Under the pieces are notes generated by a model. The model worked only from the letters and a program-made list of their open reading frames with translations, made no database searches and had not been told where the DNA came from. 64,000 nucleotides of DNA. It comes from Macrostomum lignano (Eukaryota). This document shows, in pieces, positions 35,767-46,200 of this stretch. The position numbers and the translations under genes were made by a program. Position 1 is the stretch's first letter. The number at the start of each line of letters is the position of its first letter. The stretch is from NCBI GenBank assembly GCA_002269645.1, contig NIVC01004022.1, forward strand, positions 1 to 64,000, given 5' to 3'.

Positions 35767-37277
35767 TAAATCAAATCAATCAATGGGAAACGACTCACAC
35801 CACAACCGATGAAAACATTTTGCTAGACATAAACGAAAAAGTAAAAAAACCCAAACCTTATGATGATAAATCACATGCTATTCGAATTAAATCGCTCCGA
35901 GAAAACTCGCCATTCTTTAGCCTGTTTCTGGCAAGGCAGAAAATAATTGACAGCACTGAGCCTTCTAACACGCCTTTCGAAAAATATTATTCTCCGCAGC
36001 TGCTGATTTACCTTCTAAAAAACTGGTGCAGCCTGGCGCCTCTCTTTTGTCATTTTATAGCTGCTCTAAAAAGATTTGAGAAGAAAAAGAGCTGGTTTTC
36101 AAATTCATACGTTGAATCATACTTTGCCGACGAGAAATCACGCATATCAAAGAGAGGAAAGAGAACTTTTTATAAATTCATTTTGCAACCAGGCTTGGGA
36201 CTGGCTTGCTTCAAGGAAAGCACGACATGCTTTGTTGAGATGCAGTTGAAGTACTTGAAAGCTCGCATATCTGCATTCAATATATTTAACAAGTGTGGAA
36301 AAGCTACATTGTCAGGACGAAAGAGAAAGCGTGAGGACATTTCATCATGCCAGGAGGAGTGGAAAAAACGTGAATCAAATACGCGCTTGAAATATAAACG
36401 GCAGAAAACAAGTCAAAGAGCCCACCGTACAAACCCAATGACATCTGGTCCATCAGGCACGCACGACCAAGAGCACTCAGAGGTTTGGTACACTCGGGCG
36501 GGAGACTTCCTGAGCAGGTACGACAAAGATTCGTTAGCACCAGGGCAGTGGCTGTCCATCGGCATCGTGAATGCTTTTTTCCATCTTCTCTGCGTTAGCA
36601 ACCCGGATCGTGAAGTTGGTCACTTGCCGTCCAGCTTCTTCAACTGCATCCGAAACGTAGATTCGAATGATGCGCTGAGGATGCTACAGAACACTGTTTC
36701 AACCGGTTGCAAGCGCCTACTGAGTCCCATTTTAGAAAACGACCACTTTCACTTAGTCTATATTGATTTGAACACAAAGCAACTTGCAGTCTTAGACACA
36801 AGGCCAATTAGGAACAGCGACATAACAAATCGATACATTGAGCTTTGGCACAGGTTCATCAACACGGCCCAAGTAAAGATGTGCGTTCCTAGTGTTCAAG
36901 GAAAATATAGGAATAAATCGATGCTAAGATCCATTCAAGCAGATGGCTACAACTGTGGAGTCTTTGTGTGCTTGTACGCAAAAGTATTGATCACATCTAA
37001 CGATAATGAATTCAGGTCTTTGTGCTTTCCAACTTCGAGGCAATTTTTTAACAAAGCAAGAACCCATATTTGGGAATATTTAGAAGGCACAGCCTATTCG
37101 AATAATGGAAACGCAAACTCGTGCATACTCTGCAACGAAGCAGAAGCCAGAGAGAGTGGTACTTGGCTACAATGCGACCTCTGTGACTCATGGATGCACA
37201 TTGAATGCGCCTCTCCAGAGATGCTCCAGCGCCACAGCGCTCATAGCTATGTGTGCTGCTGCGTGCCATACAACTAA
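35700..37277 (+). CDS. Transposase C-terminal part (third catalytic E) + Ulp1/peptidase C48 domain + PHD finger; frameshifted continuation of the upstream ORF
   Basis: NSPF...YY.PQLL.Y...W...PLF...SNSYVESYF..EK fits the MULE TNN.xE region. Ulp1 motifs: GQWLS..IVN, HFHLVYID (His), VLDT (Asp), QADGYNCGVFV (Gln/Cys). PHD: CILC..WLQCDLCDSWMHIEC..YVCCC. This frame is open from 35700 and overlaps ORF1 by ~65 nt. Confidence 0.85.
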   Translation, partial: GVRVHIEYRNRNIPRAAPSSDLINQINQWETTHTTTDENILLDINEKVKKPKPYDDKSHAIRIKSLRENSPFFSLFLARQKIIDSTEPSNTPFEKYYSPQLLIYLLKNWCSLAPLFCHFIAALKRFEKKKSWFSNSYVESYFADEKSRISKRGKRTFYKFILQPGLGLACFKESTTCFVEMQLKYLKARISAFNIFNKCGKATLSGRKRKREDISSCQEEWKKRESNTRLKYKRQKTSQRAHRTNPMTSGPSGTHDQEHSEVWYTRAGDFLSRYDKDSLAPGQWLSIGIVNAFFHLLCVSNPDREVGHLPSSFFNCIRNVDSNDALRMLQNTVSTGCKRLLSPILENDHFHLVYIDLNTKQLAVLDTRPIRNSDITNRYIELWHRFINTAQVKMCVPSVQGKYRNKSMLRSIQADGYNCGVFVCLYAKVLITSNDNEFRSLCFPTSRQFFNKARTHIWEYLEGTAYSNNGNANSCILCNEAEARESGTWLQCDLCDSWMHIECASPEMLQRHSAHSYVCCCVPYN

Positions 37278-37318
37278 AGTTTTTCTTTGACTTTCACCGG
37301 CTTTGTGCGAACACATTG

Positions 37319-37392
37319 TTGTAAATACTCGTCTGCGTATTTTGCATATAGTATCTGAAATTGTAAATACTCGTCTGCGTATTTTGCATATA
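37319..37392 (+). repeat. Local 32-bp duplication (period 42) downstream of the transposase stop
   Basis: TTGTAAATACTCGTCTGCGTATTTTGCATATA at 37319 and 37361. Confidence 0.9.
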
Positions 37393-38214
37393 CGCTCGTA
37401 GTATCTGATTTCTTAAATTGAAAATATTATATTTGTAATACATAATATCGAAGATCTTCCGTATATTATATAATATTCGACATACATAATATCTTAAATT
37501 TTCTATATAATATCCAAATATTTATTATCTATATCTTCATAATATCCAATATCTTCTGTATAAAAACATGACATTAACTAGAAAACATAAACATTTAGCA
37601 TAACAAAGCTAATACCTTATACAGTAAAAACTTGTACATGCTAAATATCATACGCATGAGAGAGCCAATAGCTCAGCAAAGAATACAATGCGGAAAATGC
37701 TCAAACAACATTTCTTTGTGCATTTAACGAATTTTCTGCAAATCACAAAAACTTTGTGAGAAACTCTGCCAAAGCCAGTCCCAAGCCTGGTTGCAAAAAG
37801 AGGAGGGTAGCAAAGTTAACGAATTCACAAGCATGGCAAAAACATGTTATAAAAAATTGCAATGAACAGGTGACCAAGAAAAAAACCTTTAGCCAACCGG
37901 ACCGAAAGGAACAAGAAGACGCAGGGGTCGCGGCGAAAAGTCGGGCGAAACGAGCCCAGCGAGAGCGAGTGTATTTGACGCGAAATTGAAGTACGAGTAT
38001 TACAAGCAATGAGATAAATGAAGAGGGATAAAAAGAGGGGAAAGGCAGAGGGAAAAGGCAAGCGCACAAGAAAAAAAATTTAGCCAAGCATGCCAACGCT
38101 GAGGCACAGAGTACGCGAATAAAAAGGGCAACGCGACCCCAACCCCCACCACCCCACACCACGCGCACAACACACCGCACCCACACCCCCACCCAGCACA
38201 GAGGCAGAGGCTCG

Positions 38215-39011
38215 GTTGCACTCAGCTTCTGTCCTCGCCATGACAAGAAAATCATCTATGAAGACAATGGTGGCCAGGAAGCCTTTGCGGCATATCATAC
38301 GCCGAACCGCTTGAGTGAGACGATGGAAGATGCTGACAGAGGCACGACTGCCGAATGTTAGCCGCGTGTTCACTAAGTAAGCCGAGCGCCCGTCACCGAA
38401 GTCCCAGTGAATCCCGGTGGCTTGGTAGCACTGCGGAGAAATAGGCACAGCACGGTAGGCGGACGCGATGTCAACCATGAATCAGCCCGGCTGCATCAAA
38501 TTAACGGCCTCATCGACAGAAGTGAAGCGGAGCTTGCGCTGCTGGGCGTAGTGGTCGTTCAGGCTTTGGCGGTGAGGAACGGAGCAGTCGTGGATCAGCC
38601 GGATGCTGGCACTGTCCCTAGGAATCGCGCCGAGTTTGCAGACCATCGCGGGCTTGTCCGCCACCGGGATGTATAATCTGCCCAGACGGATTTCTTCTTC
38701 TAGGGCTGCTTGGACTTGGTCGCGTTTTTGGTAGGAGGATTTGTAGTTGCGTAGAAAACAGGGCGTAAAATCAAGGTCATCAGCGATAGGGAAGCCATGC
38801 TTGATGCTGTCAAGAATAAAATCAGCGTCGTGGTCACCGGCGAGCTCCTGGCGCCAGGCGTCGATTCGAAGATGACCAGACGGCCGCGTCAGAGCAGAGA
38901 TTTGAGTAAGCGGCCTGAGGAGGCCTGCCGCTAGGGCAGGCTGCGTCGGGTTGTTAAAATCAGAAGGCGTAAAATCGGCTGTGCGCGCGCAATCGGCGAC
39001 CTTTCTTAGTT
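38215..39011 (-). pseudogene. DIRS/Ngaro-type reverse transcriptase, disrupted and 3'-truncated
   Basis: One frame open from ~39011: DAWRQEL..DHDADFILDSIKHGFPI...LGAIPR....RLIHDCS.P...SLND...MQPG*FMVDIASAYRAVPI...LTFGSRAS..IF.RL...FIDDFLV. In-frame TGA at 38482; ends ~10 codons after the FIDD motif. Confidence 0.9.
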
Positions 39012-39855
39012 TTTTGAGTGATTCTGCTCAGAGTGGTTGCCCTCGCAAACTCGGCAGGCATGCAGATAGTGGCAGTTCGTTCTTGAGCATCCATTGGTGC
39101 TGTTGAAAGACAGACAAAGCTCACGACCCGAGGATGTTCGCGGCCCAACGATGCGGTTCTTGTTAGGCTGGGGACGCCTGGCTGTCTGGTTTTGCTGGTC
39201 AGTCTTGGTGCTGAGCAGGTGCCTGATAGACATCTGGGAGCAGTCTTTGCTCCAGCGGAGACTGTTGGCGGCGCGGTGCTGGCGGGAGTCGTGGTCGAAT
39301 CGGACCACCCGGTGCACTGGGAGTCGGTCGAAAAGCTCGGCCACTTGGATGTTGTACCGAGCGTAGTCCTTGGCTTGTTCTACCGGGGTGTACGGCTGGC
39401 CCTTGCTAGTTACCTGATGCGACGTCTCGCCGAGCATCTGCAGCAGGATCCTCATGCTGCCTGATAGCCACTGTCCGACTGTCATGCCGTCTAATTTAGT
39501 TGTCGACTTCTTGATTGAACACCAGTCCGCCTGAGCTGCCCCGGGTGAGCAGCTCGTCTGCTTGGCCCGAAAGGTCGTCGACGAAGTCTTTGACGAGCAG
39601 ACACGGCATCTCAGTCGGTCGGGGACTGGCATTCGGCCAGACGGTGCCTGTTTGGTTCGGGATTTCAGCGAAAATGTTTTGATGCTCACCTGATTCCGTA
39701 CCTGATGTTGCACTGGCTCGGTCTCGCAACTCCCGCTCCCGCGTTTGTAGCTCCACGAGCTGCAGCCGCTTCTGGGCCCGCCGGATCTCACCGTCCAGGT
39801 CCGCCTCCTGCGTGTCCCGGCCTCGCAGCTCCGTCCGCTCGCCCCGTGATGCCAT
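39006..39855 (-). pseudogene. DIRS/Ngaro-type gag-like ORF with one frameshift (~39510)
   Basis: ATG at 39855 (MASRG...LLVKDFVD), continuing in another frame as KKSTTKLDGMTVGQW...DYARY...VVRFD..SRQ.RA...RW and a C-terminal CLSFN...C...CHYLHAC.VC...H zinc-finger-like motif typical of these gag proteins. Confidence 0.8.
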
Positions 39856-40271
39856 TCGATCTGAGTGCTGTGCTGCATCCGCTTGGATCTCTGTCTGATC
39901 GATGTGCTGGCACAGACTGGCTAGTAAGGCTGCTTTGTTGCCTGCCGTTCATAGCCCCTGGCTACCAAGCTCATTCTTGAGTTGTTTGGCTGTTAGCTTG
40001 TCAGCAATATCTTGTCAGTGATTGGCAGTGCGATATCGATATCTTAGGTAGCCAAAAAAATTTTAGCCAAGCACGCCAACGCTAAAGGGCAGAGTACATG
40101 AATAAAAGGGCCAACCCACACCTCAACCCTAACGGCAAACCCAACCCTCACCACCCACACCCCACCCAGCGGGAAAAGGCACCGGACCCGCTCAGCTAAA
40201 ATCGATTATAGAGCAAGTAAAACCGGCCATGAAATCAAAACATTGTTTCGGGAAATTCTCATCCAGCTGAC

Positions 40272-43200
40272 AAAGTACTTTCTGCAGCTGAGTGTACTGA
40301 GCACTTGGGAGTCTGTAAGTTCGAGTAGGGAACAGATGGAGCCTTGGCGTCTCTCAGGCTTCTAGATTGATAATGTTTCCTTCCAGATCTCAGTTTTCAG
40401 CTTCGTACTCACAATGGTTCCTCGAAGTACACTAGTACTTTCTGCAGCTGAGTGTACTGAGCAGGGGGACTTGGGAGTCTGTAAGTTCGAGTAGGGAACA
40501 GATGGAGCCTTGGCGTCTTGTAGGCTTCTAGATTGATAATGTTTCCTTCCAGATCTCAGTTTTCAGCTTCGTACTCACAATGGTTCCTGTCGAAGTACAC
40601 TAAAGTACTTTCTGCATATTAATGTACTGAGCAGGGGGGACTTGGGAGTCTGTAAGTTCGAGCACAGATGGAGCCTTGGCGTCTTGTAGGCTTCTAGATT
40701 GATAATGTTTCCTTCCAGATCTCAGTTTTCAGCTTCGTACTCACAATGGTTCCTGTCGAAGTACACTAAAGTACTTTCTGCATATTAATGTACTGAGCGG
40801 GGGGGGGGACTTGGGAGTCTGTAAGTTCGAGTAGGGAACAGATGGAGCCTTGGCGTCTTGTAGGCTTCTAGATTGATAATGTTTCCTTCCAGATCTCAGT
40901 TTTCAGCTTCGTACTCACAATGGTTCCTGTCGAAGTACACTAAAGTACTTTCTGCATATTAATGTACTGAGCAGGGGGGACTTGGGAGTCTGTAAGTTCG
41001 AGCAGGGAACAGATGGAGCCTTGGCGTCTTGCAGGCTTCTAGATTGATAATGTTTCCTTCCAGATCTCAGTTTTCAGCTTCGTACTCACAATGGTTCCTG
41101 TCGAAGTACACTAAAGTACTTTCTGCATATTAATGTACTGAGCAGGGGGGACTTGGGAGTCTGTAAGTTCGAGTAGGGAACAGATGGAGCCTTGGCGTCT
41201 TGCAGGCTTCTAGATTGATAATGTTTCCTTCCAGATCTCAGTTTTCAGCTTCGTACTCACAATGGTTCCTGTCGAAGTACACTAAAGTACTTTCTGCAGC
41301 TGAGTGTACTGAGCAGGGGGGACTTGGGAGTCTGTAAGTTCGAGTAGGGAACAGATGGAGCCTTGGCGTCTTGCAGGCTTCTAGATTGATAATGTTTCCT
41401 TCCAGATCTCAGTTTTCAGCTTCGTACTCACAATGGTTCCTGTCGAAGTACACTAAAGTACTTTCTGCATATGTACTGAGCAGGGGGGACTTGGGAGTCT
41501 GTAAGTTCGAGTAGGGAACAGATGGAGCCTTGGCGTCTTGTAGGCTTCTAGATTGATAATGTTTCCTTCCAGATCTCAGTTTTCAGCTTCGTACTCACAA
41601 TGGTTCCTGTCGAAGTACACTAAAGTACTTTCTGCATGAGTGTACTGAGCAGGGGGACTTGGGAGTCTGTAAGTTCGAGTAGGGAACAGATGGAGCCTTG
41701 GCGTCTTGTAGGCTTCTAGATTGATAATGTTTCCTTCCAGATCTCAGTTTTCAGCTTCGTACTCACAATGGTTCCTGTCGAAGTACACTAAAGTACTTTC
41801 TGCATATTAATGTACTGAGCAGGGGGGACTTGGGAGTCTGTAAGTTCGAGTAGGGAACAGATGGAGCCTTGGCGTCTTGTAGGCTTCTAGATTGATAATG
41901 TTTCCTTCCAGATCTCAGTTTTCAGCTTCGTACTCACAATGGTTCCTGTCGAAGTACACTAAAGTACTTTCTGCATATTAATGTACTGAGCAGGGGGACT
42001 TGGGAGTCTGTAAGTTCGAGTAGGGAACAGATGGAGCCTTGGCGTCTTGTAGGCTTCTAGATTGATAATGTTTCCTTCCAGATCTCAGTTTTCAGCTTCG
42101 TACTCACAATGGTTCCTGTCGAAGTACACTAAAGTACTTTCTGCATATTAATGTACTGAGCAGGGGGGACTTGGGAGTCTGTAAGTTCGAGTAGGGAACA
42201 GATGGAGCCTTGGCGTCTTGTAGGCTTCTAGATTGATAATGTTTCCTTCCAGATCTCAGTTTTCAGCTTCGTACTCACAATGGTTCCTGTCGAAGTACAC
42301 TAAAGTACTTTCTGCATATTAATGTACTGAGCAGGGGGGACTTGGGAGTCTGTAAGTTCGAGTAGGGAACAGATGGAGCCTTGGCGTCTTGTAGGCTTCT
42401 AGATTGATAATGTTTCCTTCCAGATCTCAGTTTTCAGCTTCGTACTCACAATGGTTCCTGTCGAAGTACACTAAAGTACTTTCTGCATATTAATGTACTG
42501 AGCAGGGGGGACTTGGGAGTCTGTAAGTTCGAGTAGGGAACAGATGGAGCCTTGGCGTCTTGTAGGCTTCTAGATTGATAATGTTTCCTTCCAGATCTCA
42601 GTTTTCAGCTTCGTACTCACAATGGTTCCTGTCGAAGTACACTAAAGTACTTTCTGCATATTAATGTACTGAGCAGGGGGACTTGGGAGTCTGTAAGTTC
42701 GAGTAGGGAACAGATGGAGCCTTGGCGTCTTGTAGGCTTCTAGATTGATAATGTTTCCTTCCAGATCTCAGTTTTCAGCTTCGTACTCACAATGGTTCCT
42801 GTCGAAGTACACTAAAGTACTTTCTGCATATTAATGTACTGAGCAGGGGGGACTTGGGAGTCTGTAAGTTCGAGTAGGGAACAGATGGAGCCTTGGCGTC
42901 TTGTAGGCTTCTAGATTGATAATGTTTCCTTCCAGATCTCAGTTTTCAGCTTCGTACTCACAATGGTTCCTGTCGAAGTACACTAAAGTACTTTCTGCAT
43001 ATTAATGTACTGAGCAGGGGGGACTTGGGAGTCTGTAAGTTCGAGTAGGGAACAGATGGAGCCTTGGCGTCTTGTAGGCTTCTAGATTGATAATGTTTCC
43101 TTCCAGATCTCAGTTTTCAGCTTCGTACTCACAATGGTTCCTGTCGAAGTACACTAAAGTACTTTCTGCATATTAATGTACTGAGCAGGGGGGACTTGGG

Positions 43201-46200
43201 AGTCTGTAAGTTCGAGTAGGGAACAGATGGAGCCTTGGCGTCTTGTAGGCTTCTAGATTGATAATGTTTCCTTCCAGATCTCAGTTTTCAGCTTCGTACT
43301 CACAATGGTTCCTGTCGAAGTACACTAAAGTACTTTCTGCATATTAATGTACTGAGCAGGGGGGACTTGGGAGTCTGTAAGTTCGAGTAGGGAACAGATG
43401 GAGCCTTGGCGTCTTGTAGGCTTCTAGATTGATAATGTTTCCTTCCAGATCTCAGTTTTCAGCTTCGTACTCACAATGGTTCCTGTCGAAGTACACTAAA
43501 GTACTTTCTGCATATTAATGTACTGAGCAGGGGGGACTTGGGAGTCTGTAAGTTCGAGTAGGGAACAGATGGAGCCTTGGCGTCTTGTAGGCTTCTAGAT
43601 TGATAATGTTTCCTTCCAGATCTCAGTTTTCAGCTTCGTACTCACAATGGTTCCTGTCGAAGTACACTAAAGTACTTTCTGCATATTAATGTACTGAGCA
43701 GGGGGGACTTGGGAGTCTGTAAGTTCGAGTAGGGAACAGATGGAGCCTTGGCGTCTTGTAGGCTTCTAGATTGATAATGTTTCCTTCCAGATCTCAGTTT
43801 TCAGCTTCGTACTCACAATGGTTCTGTCGAAGTACACTAAAGTACTTTCTGCATATTAATGTACTGAGCAGGGGGACTTGGGAGTCTGTAAGTTCGAGTA
43901 GGGAACAGATGGAGCCTTGGCGTCTTGTAGGCTTCTAGATTGATAATGTTTCCTTCCAGATCTCAGTTTTCAGCTTCGTACTCACAATGGTTCCTGTCGA
44001 AGTACACTAAAGTACTTTCTGCATATTAATGTACTGAGCAGGGGGGACTTGGGAGTCTGTAAGTTCGAGTAGGGAACAGATGGAGCCTTGGCGTCTTGTA
44101 GGCTTCTAGATTGATAATGTTTCCTTCCAGATCTCAGTTTTCAGCTTCGTACTCACAATGGTTCCTGTCGAAGTACACTAAAGTACTTTCTGCATATTAA
44201 TGTACTGAGCAGGGGGACTTGGGAGTCTGTAAGTTCGAGTAGGGAACAGATGGAGCCTTGGCGTCTTGTAGGCTTCTAGATTGATAATGTTTCCTTCCAG
44301 ATCTCAGTTTTCAGCTTCGTACTCACAATGGTTCCTGTCGAAGTACACTAAAGTACTTTCTGCATATGTACTGAGCAGGGGGGACTTGGGAGTCTGTAAG
44401 TTCGAGTAGGGAACAGATGGAGCCTTGGCGTCTTGTAGGCTTCTAGATTGATAATGTTTCCTTCCAGATCTCAGTTTTCAGCTTCGTACTCACAATGGTT
44501 CCTGTCGAAGTACACTAAAGTACTTTCTGCATATTAATGTACTGAGCAGGGGGACTTGGGAGTCTGTAAGTTCGAGTAGGGAACAGATGGAGCCTTGGCG
44601 TCTTGTAGGCTTCTAGATTGATAATGTTTCCTTCCAGATCTCAGTTTTCAGCTTCGTACTCACAATGGTTCCTGTCGAAGTACACTAAAGTACTTTCTGC
44701 ATATTAATGTACTGAGCAGGGGGGACTTGGGAGTCTGTAAGTTCGAGTAGGGAACAGATGGAGCCTTGGCGTCTTGTAGGCTTCTAGATTGATAATGTTT
44801 CCTTCCAGATCTCAGTTTTCAGCTTCGTACTCACAATGGTTCCTGTCGAAGTACACTAAAGTACTTTCTGCATATTAATGTACTGAGCAGGGGGACTTGG
44901 GAGTCTGTAAGTTCGAGTAGGGAACAGATGGAGCCTTGGCGTCTTGTAGGCTTCTAGATTGATAATGTTTCCTTCCAGATCTCAGTTTTCAGCTTCGTAC
45001 TCACAATGGTTCCTGTCGAAGTACACTAAAGTACTTTCTGCATATTAATGTACTGAGCAGGGGGGACTTGGGAGTCTGTAAGTTCGAGTAGGGAACAGAT
45101 GGAGCCTTGGCGTCTTGTAGGCTTCTAGATTGATAATGTTTCCTTCCAGATCTCAGTTTTCAGCTTCGTACTCACAATGGTTCCTGTCGAAGTACACTAA
45201 AGTACTTTCTGCATATTAATGTACTGAGCAGGGGGACTTGGGAGTCTGTAAGTTCGAGTAGGGAACAGATGGAGCCTTGGCGTCTTGTAGGCTTCTAGAT
45301 TGATAATGTTTCCTTCCAGATCTCAGTTTTCAGCTTCGTACTCACAATGGTTCCTGTCGAAGTACACTAAAGTACTTTCTGCATATTAATGTACTGAGCA
45401 GGGGGACTTGGGAGTCTGTAAGTTCGAGTAGGGAACAGATGGAGCCTTGGCGTCTTGTAGGCTTCTAGATTGATAATGTTTCCTTCCAGATCTCAGTTTT
45501 CAGCTTCGTACTCACAATGGTTCCTGTCGAAGTACACTAAAGTACTTTCTGCATATTAATGTACTGAGCAGGGGGGACTTGGGAGTCTGTAAGTTCGAGT
45601 AGGGAACAGATGGAGCCTTGGCGTCTTGTAGGCTTCTAGATTGATAATGTTTCCTTCCAGATCTCAGTTTTCAGCTTCGTACTCACAATGGTTCCTGTCG
45701 AAGTACACTAAAGTACTTTCTGCATATTAATGTACTGAGCAGGGGGGACTTGGGAGTCTGTAAGTTCGAGTAGGGAACAGATGGAGCCTTGGCGTCTTGT
45801 AGGCTTCTAGATTGATAATGTTTCCTTCCAGATCTCAGTTTTCAGCTTCGTACTCACAATGGTTCCTGTCGAAGTACACTAAAGTACTTTCTGCATATTA
45901 ATGTACTGAGCAGGGGGACTTGGGAGTCTGTAAGTTCGAGTAGGGAACAGATGGAGCCTTGGCGTCTTGTAGGCTTCTAGATTGATAATGTTTCCTTCCA
46001 GATCTCAGTTTTCAGCTTCGTACTCACAATGGTTCCTGTCGAAGTACACTAAAGTACTTTCTGCATATTAATGTACTGAGCAGGGGGGACTTGGGAGTCT
46101 GTAAGTTCGAGTAGGGAACAGATGGAGCCTTGGCGTCTTGTAGGCTTCTAGATTGATAATGTTTCCTTCCAGATCTCAGTTTTCAGCTTCGTACTCACAA

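Larger units (their letters stand above)
38070..40200 (-). mobile_element. Truncated DIRS-order (Ngaro-like) retrotransposon flanked by ~150-bp diverged direct repeats
   Basis: gag and RT remnants on the minus strand. Repeats AAAAAAATTTAGCCAAGCA.GCCAACGCT..GG.CAGAGTAC..GAATAAAA.GG...CCCACCCAGC...CTCAGCT at ~38070-38227 and ~40055-40197. No RNase H or tyrosine recombinase is retained. Confidence 0.8.

Noticed and set aside
40115-40150. Telomeric repeat tract (CCCTAA)
   Set aside because: Only one exact CCCTAA unit within a C-rich stretch of the DIRS repeat.
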